This document shows, piece after piece, positions 52,897-64,000 of a stretch of DNA of 64,000 nucleotides. A program made the translations under genes and the position numbers. Position 1 is the first letter of the stretch, and every line of letters begins with the position of its first letter. The stretch lies in the NCBI RefSeq assembly GCF_006345805.1, contig NC_042997.1, positions 2,480,001-2,544,000 on the forward strand. The letters run 5' to 3'. Origin of the DNA: Octopus sinensis (lineage: Eukaryota). Below the pieces are notes generated by a model. The model had not been told where the DNA came from. It made no database searches and saw only the letters and a program-made list of their open reading frames with translations.

Positions 52897-52980
<84 letters not shown>

Positions 52981-55734
52981 ATGAATCAACAAACATTTTT
53001 GTATTAGTAACCTAGACAATCCAGATAGTTGGTTCATATATAAAGCAGAATAGTTAACGAAGACACTAATAGACAAATGTATAGTGGTTCTGTTTTCATA
53101 TGTCATGTACCAGATAGTTTCCCCACATTTCATTAGTTTCATTACATTTAGTTAAGTATTACTACAAATTGTTTCACAAATTGTACAACGATGGATTTGT
53201 ATCGTTCAAAATGCAATCAATGTAGATGCATTCCACATTCCTAATTAACCCCTGTATAATTTTTCTAGATATTATTGGCAATGTATTCAGTTCGCTCGAA
53301 ACGTTTCCTAACATACGATGCAAAACTTCTCCACAACTTAACTGCAGTTATAATTGAACCATTTACGTGTCATTTCTGCAATGCTTCTATAAAACTGGAA
53401 TATTATAACATGATTAGGTACTGTCAAACTGAATCTTTTACCAGCAATCAACAACAACACATACCAGAGGATATTATTACAATTAAATATATTCCATACA
53501 GCCAATAAATTGCAAACTTTCTTTAAAAAATCAAATTAATTTCTTTACAGATATAAATAAAATTCAGCATTTCTGAAGCGACTTAAATTCCTGCATGTCA
53601 ACCAAAACAGGCATTCTTCAGATTATTGAAACGGGTCCAATTTTTCTATAGTCGTTGTGTTCCAATTGTTAATACATTTCTGCATTCTACACAAATTCTA
53701 TTCTCTAACATTTTCAAAACTGATATACAGTTCTCCAAACATCCTCCATTTTCCCGCATTTCGTTTAGACTGAGAACACACGCGCAATGTATACGTGAGC
53801 AGTAATTATTTCACGTGTTGTCATACGTGCGGAGAAAACTAATACAATTTAGTAGGCCTAATCTAAATTGCTTTTAATCCATAGTGAAAACAATATTTTT
53901 TATTATGGGATACATGTGCCATTTTTCTCATTTATTGGGTTATAAACTTGCAACATTCTACCTATGGGGTTATTTTAAATGATCAAAATACTAAAAAAAA
54001 AATTATATCTGCAGTTCCCTTTGATATTTTACTTTTAGAGAGTATATTTATTAAATTATTTATCGTTGTATAAAATTTAAACATCGAAAATTTCAAGGAG
54101 GTAACCTACAGTTAAAAATATAAAATTAATTGAAAATAATGTAAACAGTGAACAACCATGGCATGTAAAATGAAATATGCATCAGTGATGTTAAAAAGTG
54201 ATACTCTTGTTTTATTACATATATTTAGAATATTTTTGGTCGTTATTTTATTCCAATTATCTATAATATACTTCACTTTAACATACTTTGAACAGCAAAA
54301 TTCAATTGAGAATTTCTTTCTTTTTTTTCTCTGCTACATTTTCCCTGGCTTGCTTCTAGTTTAAAGTTTCACATTAACGAATGCTTTAATTATCCGAAAT
54401 TGGGGCAGAAGAGAGGACATTGAATCGATAAGTTGTAAAATTTCATTCTAAATATCGATAAAACTCAAATTGTTGTAACAGATAATGGTAGTAAATCTCG
54501 TAGAAAATATCAATTGAGAGTGCAAAGCCTGGCTGAGTGGTTAACAAATTTGCTCCTTTGTCAGTTCCTTTAAAAGGATGTTAGTGCGAGTTCCTTTGAG
54601 AAAATGGTATGCATTTGTATGCATATAAGTATGTATGTACATACGTGGGTGTGCTTCAAAGTATGCATCTATGTATGCATTCATTTGCTTACATTAACTT
54701 CTCAGTTATATTGAGAGGTAGAGAGAGAGAGAGAGAGAGAGCGAAAAGGAAAGAGAAAGTAAAAGAAAGAGGGAAAGATTGGCATGGAGTTACACATGTC
54801 TGCATGTATGTATGTACATATAATTAATGTGAGTGAGTAATCAAAAAGTGACCACTAATCAAAATATGCTGTGGCACGTTAAGTTCTGTTTCGTACTTTC
54901 AATCTCTGACAAATGTTACTTTCCTCCCATACGAAGATGATAGGGTTATTATCAGAAAAGTAGATAGCTAATGTAATCGCTTAAAACTTGGGAATACCAT
55001 GACACAACATTACAAAAGGAGAATGACTGCTACCGTTAAAATAATAGATGAATAAAAATAAACTTTATGTCTAAAATAATATAAATTGTTTTAATTTGAT
55101 AATGTGTTATGAAGATTTCGGTTTCATTATAAGTTTCAGAGCTCACCTGGCCCTAATGAATGCCTCTCATTAAAATAACTACTTCATTAATTTTAAAGTC
55201 AAACTGATAACACTTTTCAAGTAAATGCTAAAAATTATTTTCAATAGTATTTCCATGTTTTTCCTTCCATTTACATGTTATCTGTTGTCTGTGTAACGCC
55301 TTGCATATAATCTATTAGAATTCATTAATTTAATACCTCTCACCTTGACAAACACGATTGGGAGGAAATGTCAATGATGCTTAATTAACATACTTAGCAC
55401 TGGATACAGCAGCACATGTCTGCTTGTCAGGAATAAATCTAAACGGTAGAAGAACTGTAGAAATTGAAAATTTAATGATTGTATACATGAAAATTCCATG
55501 AATAGTCTTGATTATTTAGGAGGATACGTCATTCCTTAAAACAACCTGAATAAATTTATCAAAATATCTGGTGTCAGAAAAGTAGATGTTGAGGGAAGGC
55601 CGTTACTTTTCATGAGAATTTGGCAACACACTGTCTTTTGCATATCCGACATCGAAAGAATTTCATGCAACCAATACTACCGCTTATAATAATTATTTCA
55701 ATGAGAGACTTGAAGCCTGATATTTTAGTGGCAG

Positions 55735-55920
55735 TTGCTAGTCGATTACATTGCTCTACGTGCGCAACTGCTACTTAATTTGTAGGCCCCGAAAGAATGA
55801 AAAACAAATTCGACCTCGATAGCACGATTTCAAAACGTTAATAGTCGCAAGAAATGCTGCTAAGCATTAGTTCTTTTGTTTTGTTCGGCGCAGTAACGGT
55901 TCTACCAGCTCACCACCCCT
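55735..55920 (-). mobile_element. Degenerate SINE of the 58080-58302 family
   Basis: Shared 'gtgcg.aactg.tacttaattt.t.g.cccgaaagaatgaaa..aaa.tcgacctcg' and 'gctaagcatt' blocks. Confidence 0.65.
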
Positions 55921-55983
55921 ACTAACGCTTATAATTATACCTATAAATTCTTTAGTATATACAGTATAGATGTAGCTAGGTAT

Positions 55984-56066
<83 letters not shown>

Positions 56067-58079
56067 ATATATATACACACATATGCAGGTATGCAACTTA
56101 CTTGATACTTAAGCATAGGAATATTAGCATACTGGTAAAATGTGACTTGTTCAAAGGAATTGATGCGGTTTTATTAGTTTCTTGGTTCTACTTTCGATCA
56201 CTTATTAATATGGATGGATCATATTACTAAGACGATGTACATAAAATTATTATATTCCTGTGGAATGAATAGGTCTTAATGGATCTGATAGGCAACTGAC
56301 TCTCACAAATAATAAGGGGGGTGGGATTGTTGTAGCAGTAGCAGCAGTAAGTGTACAACCAAAACAGTTTCTTTAGGAGTTAGTTATCGGAGTATGTTGG
56401 TGGTTGAATATTTACCAATCAATGAAAAGATAATTCGCATTTAAGTTTAGTTGACAGCTTTTCTAGAAAGTTAAAGGCCTACAGTGTTGAAATGCCCACA
56501 CCCGATAGATGAGAAGATCATTCTAGTATGAATTTTATCATTGTAAAGTGTTAACAAGTTGTCGATACCTCCTTTTCTTTCTTAAAACGTTCGTAATACA
56601 CAGAGTAATAAAGGGGGATTGACTTAGCAAAATATGTCCCGACGAATTATTTCAACGTTCTATCTTAACATAAACATATTTCAAGCATAATAACAGCTAT
56701 TTCGAAAAAGTAATTAAGACAATACGTCGGCCAAAGTGATTTTCAGCATTTCCTCTTGAGCAGGAATACATATATAGAATTCATAAAAACAATACTTTAG
56801 GAGATGGATATTATACATATTTGCACCAATATACTTTCAAAGTTGTCAACATGTATAAAAGCCTGTAAATATCTCATGGAAAATATCTTTGTACTAAGCA
56901 TTAATCCGAATGGTCTGCATTAACTTACTTTCTCTAAAAGGAGAACAATTATTGCGCCGTTTACAGACTAATAAAACCATGCACTCAATTGAAGGCAGAC
57001 CAATTAATGAAGTAATACGTTAAGTATGATCGTGCTAAATGTATCGCATTCCGGAGTGAAATATTCACACGGAGATATGTCTATACTTATCTGAGTGCAG
57101 CAAAATGAAAATACCAACTTCTCAATGTTCATTATTGAATTGTGCAGCAAAACCTAATTGTTATGACAATTTATGCATATGGCAAATCATAAAATGTTTT
57201 ACTGAATATTCGCAATAAGTTATACAGAATTACAAGCCTAAATTTCATATTTTAGAAAAAAATACCGGAGCACACGATCTAATGATTTTTCATTTCCCTA
57301 TAATCACGATACAAGTACTGCTAATTCTCTTTCGCAGAGAACCCATCTCAGTAAGCGAATGCTGGAGCTGATTAGGAAGGTGTAAATCTCACTGAATTAC
57401 TAAAGCACTGTACATAACAGTATAGAGTAGTTTTCAAATGTTTATCACTTGTCAATTCAATATTGTCACAGTCCGTCTGGTTTCAAATTCTGCTCTGGAA
57501 CTATTCTTAGAAAGTCATGTAAATATTTAGGATTATCCATAAGTTGATCTCTTCGTATGAAACAGTGTAAGTATAATACATTATTAGTATATGAGCTCCT
57601 CCACGCATGTTAATATTCTTTCTATTGTAATAATCAAAACCACGGATGCAGTATCTGAACAATCATCGACAATTATAACAACATTGTAATATATAGAACA
57701 GTAGGTGATGATATATTTTTAGAAATGCGTAACACATTGAAAAGCTCTATTAAGAATCTAACGAATTTTAATGTAAAACTGGCACAATCAGCGACACCAT
57801 CGGAATGGCTTACGGGTGTGGAAGTCAAATTCATTCACAAAAATAATTCAATAGCCAACTCCAAATACTAGAGACCCACATAGTATAGAAAAAAAAAGAT
57901 GTTTCTGGAAGAGCAGAAATGATTTTGCGAAGTCTCATACGAACAAATAATGCTGTAAAATCACATACGAACAAATCTCCAATTGAAGAATGCGATGGGA
58001 AATGATCTGAGCATGACTGTAATCGCACATTAATAGACTTCCTGGCCAAAAACGTCCACATATAAATAGCTATTTCTTT

Positions 58080-58302
58080 ATTACCCACAAGGGGCTAAAC
58101 ATAGAGGGGACAAACAAGGACAGACATAGGTATTAAGTCGATTACGTCGACCCCAGTGCGTAACTGGTACTTAATTTATCGACCTCGAAAGAATGAAAGG
58201 TAAAGTCGACCTCGGAGAAATTTTAACTCAGAACGTAATGGCAGACGAAATACTGCTAAGCATTTCGCCCGACGTGCTAATGTTCTGCTAGCTCGCCGCC
58301 TT
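58080..58302 (-). mobile_element. tRNA-derived SINE (second family)
   Basis: Minus-strand head aaggcggcgagctagcagaacattagcacgtcgggcgaaatgcttagcagtatttcgtc; multiple related fragments in the window. Confidence 0.8.
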
Positions 58303-59468
58303 ATAAATAACATTCAATTTTGAAAATACAAGCAGAAGACAGATTTATGAAAACATAAAACTTTTCCTCTTTAGAAAAGAAATATTCCATTGGGTCTCTC
58401 AGTCGTCAATTGTTTTCTCTCTAATAGGGTTACCTTTAAGCAACAGATTAAACTCAAATGAACTCTGAAAGAAATGCTCTGTTAGAACAATCAACTGTGT
58501 TTGTATGCTGAAGATAATAAACTTAGAAATATAACTGCAGGCAGTACATGAATTTACCAGAAACAGTTTTATGATATTCGTATAAGAAAATATGTCGAGG
58601 CCATCTTGAAGTGTGTGCAGTATAACTATTACGTTAGTGCCTTAATATTATGCTATATTCGCCAAATACATAACAATGAATGAAGTACTACAAAGCACAC
58701 AAAAGAAATTATTAAGAAAGAATATTATAAGCTCCGTATGATAATGTCTAATCAGAGCTAATTCTAAAATTTAACAGGCAAACAACTTTTAGAAGCTCAT
58801 CTAATATGTTAACGGCAAAATATCTAAACAAACGAACAAGACTATGAAGAAAAAACACAGAGTAATGACGGCATTTAGACTACACAACATAAGATCTAGC
58901 AAAAGGATTGCATTTACATCACGTAAATGGAGGCTGGAGCCTTATGCAAATAGAAAAATATAATTCATTCGCTGTAAGGCTAATAAAAATATCTCGTAAA
59001 AGTGATAGAAAATTAATAGGAATACCTACGAAACATCAATACAAAAATAGCTCTCTGGCTTAAAAAGAAGCAACAAATCAAAACATAGCCATAAATGGTA
59101 GATTATGGAAACAAGAACAATGATCAACAGAAATTGGGAAGAGGCTAAAATCTAAAATAAATATCGTGCTCTGGGTTGTCATGCGAAAAGTGAAAGTAAA
59201 AGTAACCATATCAACTTAAAGGCTATTATGTAGAGAAAAGGAAACTGGAAACAGTGGAAGTAAAGAAATAATAGCAGCAACGCTGGTCGAAAAATATAGG
59301 AGACAAATTTCAGGTTGAAGGATTTTTGATTGCTACATAAGGGCATTGACTTGTGCCCTTCTTAGGAATTATCAAAACATATGATGAAACAATATATAAT
59401 AACTGAAGAATTTGTAGAGTTGTAGAGATAGCTATAACCACATGATCCCTGATGATGAGTCTTACAAA

Positions 59469-59501
<33 letters not shown>

Positions 59502-59511
59502 TATATATATA

Positions 59512-59543
<32 letters not shown>

Positions 59544-59559
59544 GTATAAGTAGTTTTTT

Positions 59560-62160
59560 ACGTAATGAGATAAAGAAGCAAGGCTGTGTAGATATTAGAA
59601 CATTTTTAGATAGAAGGTCTGACAGCTGTTGGGTATGTTCCAAATTACTGAATCAGATAAGAATACTACTGAATAGAAGCTTTTTCAATGAGACCCAGAT
59701 TCAGACAATCAGGAAAAGTCTCCGTAGTGATAATAACCTTGAAGAGGATAATGTTGGTGTAGAACAGCGAATGCGTAAGCAAGTCGAAGATGTAATTGAG
59801 GAATGGTTGACCAATCAATATAATGTGGAAAAAACTGAATTACGAGAGGATATGGCTCAGGATTAGAGAAACCTCTGGATAAAACTTGAGGATATAACAG
59901 TTACAAGAATAGAGAGAAAGCCGATGAGTTTGAGAAGCTTCGATGCGTAACCCAAAAAGTTGATGAGATTCTGAAATACATTCTAACAAAAGATCTAACG
60001 GAAGCAAGGGACTTGATCAGATCTGCTTCAGTTTCTGTAGGTGAACTGGTTGGAATGAAAGAGAAGGAATCAGAGGACAGAAGGAGGCATGATGGAAGCG
60101 GAGAACTGAGGAGGATATTAAAACTTTGCGTAAAGACTTGAGTCGCATAGAAGAATGGTCTAAAGGATGTAACTGAAACAAGGGACTTGGTCAGATCCCC
60201 TTCAATTTTAGTAGGTGAAGTGCTTGGAAAGAAATAGAGGAAAGCTGACGGACATTAAAATAATGCGTAACGATTTGCCTTGCATAGAAGAATTTTCCAA
60301 AGGGCTATGGAAAAATGCTAAAAAGGTGAAAGGGCATATCTTGACGCAAAATACCAGATAGAATAGAGGGTTCAAAACTGTTATCGAAACGCTAAAAGAT
60401 CGTGTGCGAGCAAAAACATTAAAGGTGCAACGCTACACTTGTCGTTCTAGATAAACACGTTATTCTCAAATAATTAGATGTGGTTCTTTTTAAGAACTTA
60501 GAAGGAGATACAGAAGATAGTATGCATTCTGAAGCACAGGAAACCCGCAGATTTCGGAATAATATCTGGGGGCAAGATGTTTCCTACAACCATGGAAATG
60601 TACTGAGTGGATTCATTCCATGAGATCCGAACTCCATCACCCGGCGGATCCACAAGACAACAGATGTAACTGCACAGGTATCAAAGCTGCCAAACTGAAA
60701 GCTGGCAGCACCAGACGGAATTTAAGGCTAATGGCTCAAGTGGTTTAGGTCATCACACAAGGCCAATTGCCTTGGAATTAGACTAATGCCTACAGAGTGG
60801 TGCCATTCCGGAGTTGATTGTATAGAGAAAGACAACCTTGTTGATGAAAGATCAGTCAAAGGGAAATGAGGTTGGGAATTATCGACCCATTGTTGGCCAT
60901 GACCTCTTAAGGAAAATAGTAACAAGAATCTTTGCAGAGAAAATATATACGTTACTAGTGGAAAATAATGCCGAAAAAGATCAAAGGGCATCAAGGAGCA
61001 CCTTCTGATAGACAAAGCTGTAATGAAGAACTGCAAACGATACCAAAAATCTTGTGCATGGCCAGGATAGACTTTAAAAGGGCTTACGACCTGTTGTGCA
61101 TTTGTGGATTTTGGAAACGCTCGACATGTTTGGAGTAACTGAGAACGGCACAAATTTAGAACAGTATTTCTATTTGGAAAACACTTCTTTTCTGTAACAA
61201 CCAGCACTTAGCACTTTCTCAGTGTCATCATCGCATATTGGAAGCGCTTCAAACTTCTCTTGAAATCAAAACTCAACTCAAGGAACCCTGTGATTGCCAT
61301 CAACTTATGGTCTGTTGCTGTAGGTCACTATAGTCCACACATCATGAAATAGACAATAGCTGAGGTTGAGTGATTCGATCGCACATCATGAAAGACATTG
61401 ACATTGCATGGCGCCATCAACCCAAAGCCAGTCGTACACATGCTCTTCATGAAGAGGTGCAAAGTTAGGCCTCGCTGATTAGCGTACGGGAGTGTATCAA
61501 CAGTGAAAGAAGAAACATGGCAGTATATTTGGTAAATGGCAAGTATGCTGTTAATGTAGAATGATTTACTAAAAATTTAGTTGTGAGTGTTAATACTTTC
61601 CGATCACGAATAGCCAACGAGTCGAAAGCGATATTCACATTTTTAGTGCTTGTGATAGCCTTGCGCAGAAAGACTACAGGCGCCGACACGACAATGTAGC
61701 CCAAAGCCTCCACTGGCAACTATGCCCGAAGTATGGATACGAGGTAATATGTGCATAGTACTAACATGCACCAGAAAAAGTAATGGACGAAAAGGGGAAG
61801 ACAAATGTCGTCTGTGACTTGACTTCCAGACAGACAAGGTGTTAGAGCATCGAAGAGCAGACATAGTGACCTTTAGGACAGATTAAAAGAGTGCCTAATA
61901 ATCAACGTGGTGGTGTCAGGAGATCAACATATCATCATGAAAAAGAAAAAAATGGATAAATATGGAGACATGAGAATTGAGATCGCCAAGATATGGCATC
62001 TACAGGAGTCAAATATAAAGATTGACACTATTGTTATCGGAGAATTGGGTTCAATACCACCCACCCTGAAAAACAAAATATGGAAACCTTAAAAATACTC
62101 TACACTCTAGATGCATTGATGTAGTTGAGGAAGGCCTGCCAAGTGCGCTGATAAAACATA
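59560..62160 (+). mobile_element. Decayed R4/Dong-like LINE (N-terminal region, RT, RLE endonuclease, 3' end)
   Basis: KTLRKDLSRIEEW, KDRVRAKTLKVQRY, SKGIKEHLLIDKAVMKNCKR, GLISVRECINSERRNM, FQTDKVLEHRRADIV, KMDKYGDMRIEIAKIW..IVIGELGSIP; heavily deleted and frameshifted. Confidence 0.88.
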
Positions 62161-64000
62161 GTTGGTAAAAGAAATAGAAAATTTCGCTGAATATGCTGAG
62201 ACGCAGATGGCTTTTACCATTATGAAAGCAAATATAGGGAAGCGGTATAAGATAGGTAGTAATAAGAAATGCAACTGAACCATACTTTTTCCATGGTTAC
62301 TGACTGAAAGAATATAACACATTTCCGTGAAACATATTGATAAATCTAAATGAGTGTATTTTAACGTATGATGTAACAATGTGGTTGCCTGCTATTGTAA
62401 GACAAATAGAAAGGAAACGTTGCTTGATATCTCCGACTAGTTCCGGGTGTATAACTTGTGTGAAATCTCTTAACTGTGAACGTTGTGGAAAAAATATGCA
62501 AATATGTATATATGATATGTTCAATGTGTGATGGACAAAGAAAGTGTCTGAAAGTGAGGAAAGAAACGAAAAGCCAATAAAAGATCGATAAGATAGTCTG
62601 AATAAGTGGAAGAAGTAGAACGGCTAATTCATTGAGTGTGAGGATCGATAAAAGGAAGGTATATCAATCACGTTTTGCCAAAAATCTTCAAAATCTCGAA
62701 GAAAATTCAATGTCTGTTAGAAACTGAATTTCAACATCGGGAAGTATAATTAGCCTATGTCTAACAAATTTGACAATTATTCTTAACAAGCTAATGAACG
62801 ACATTTACTCAGGAAAAATAAATCCATTTTCATGAGAAAGTTTAAGCTTTATGGAAAGTACAATTATCAACTAGATTTCCTGTAAGAATATCTATAGGGA
62901 AATCGGGATGACATTTGAAAATTAGAAGATTTCTTTGACAAAAATAAAGCATGAAAACATCATAATTACTGAAATGGATCTAGATAATGCCTCGAATATT
63001 AAATCCTGAAATGTGTGTATCTCGGATTACTAGCAGATGATAAAAGCAAAATTGTTCAAATACAAGAAGCCCTTGGCAAGCTCTCACTTTATACAACCTT
63101 CGTTTAAAATGCAAATGGATTTGCCAGTAGTTTACAAGCGATGTATACCCACTTATAAAATAGTGACGATGAAACACTGAGAGGCAAAATGAGGAATTTA
63201 AGAATAAAAATATAAAACCTAGGATAAGAATATTTACACTCAATGGGAATAGGCAACCCTAATCCAATGTAATCCATTTATACTAGAAAAAGCAGAGAGT
63301 AAGGGACAAATAGAGTGAGAGAGAGAGAGAGAGAGAGAGAAAGATAGAGAGAGACAGGGTTTACTAATATAAAGTCTAGAGTTCTAGAGAAAATATTTCC
63401 TAGTTAGTCTTAAAGAGGTGATAATTAGTTGATATAATTACAGTGTTAATGAGATCAAATTAAAATAAATAGAGAGATGTAGCGAAAAAGAAGCAAAACT
63501 TCCAAGTAAAGTTTCTCCATTCAGTGTTTGCAGAAATGCATGCAATAATGTCTCACATGTCGAAATGAGTTTGTTTAAAGAGAAGAATTTTGAAGGAAGA
63601 GATCAAGGAAATTATTACAACGTCATAGAAAATAAAACTGAAACGTAAATTGGATTCAGAGAATGATATACATTATTTTAGAACGTACGATAATAGAAAT
63701 GATATTATAGCTCATCTTGCATCAGACGACTTACAGTTAGACCCAAATCAGTACAAATGCTTTGGTATGCTAATACTTTAAGTTTTCTATGAGATGTTTC
63801 GTTGTGCATGCACAGAAAAGTACTATGTTCACTGTACGGTACGGAATAAGAAATCATGCCATTGGAAACACTAATGCAAGTTTATCTAGCTTTTGTATAT
63901 AAACTAGAAGAAGATAGAAATAAAATCCGGACAGTGAAGATGTTGATAAAATTGCTGAGTCGAATTTGAGTGTCATGGTCATCTGATAGTGAAATCAAGA

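Noticed and set aside
53253-53508. Plus-strand acceptor-like site followed by a 77-aa ORF
   Set aside because: No recognisable domain, no partner exon or donor; consistent with chance in AT-rich DNA.
60728-61207. 159-aa minus ORF
   Set aside because: Antisense shadow of the R4/Dong-like RT.

Overview
AT-rich, microsatellite-saturated animal genomic DNA. The repeat landscape (TA/CA/AAT microsatellites, tRNA-derived SINEs, Penelope-like, R4/Dong-like and CR1-like retroelements, Tc1/mariner) looks like a coleoid cephalopod, probably Octopus; this is recognition from memory, not a database result. Almost all listed ORFs are microsatellite artefacts or antisense shadows of decayed transposons. 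Host genes are limited to an intron-containing tRNA-Lys(UUU) at 22467-22558 and a large terminal coding exon (41233-40468, minus) of a Cys-rich cell-surface protein, with a candidate upstream exon at 44518-44429. The most striking items are: (1) a decayed Penelope-like element at 1345-5215 with a 2A-like (xVEPNPGP) motif and a Ulp1-like cysteine protease upstream of RT and GIY-YIG, split head-to-head by an inversion; (2) minimal hammerhead-ribozyme-like motifs inside long or zero-spacer palindromes and in the tail of a tRNA-headed SINE; (3) an R4/Dong-like LINE with a twin-priming-type 5' inversion; (4) seven long inverted repeats. All translations and alignments were done by eye, and the ends of decayed elements are approximate.
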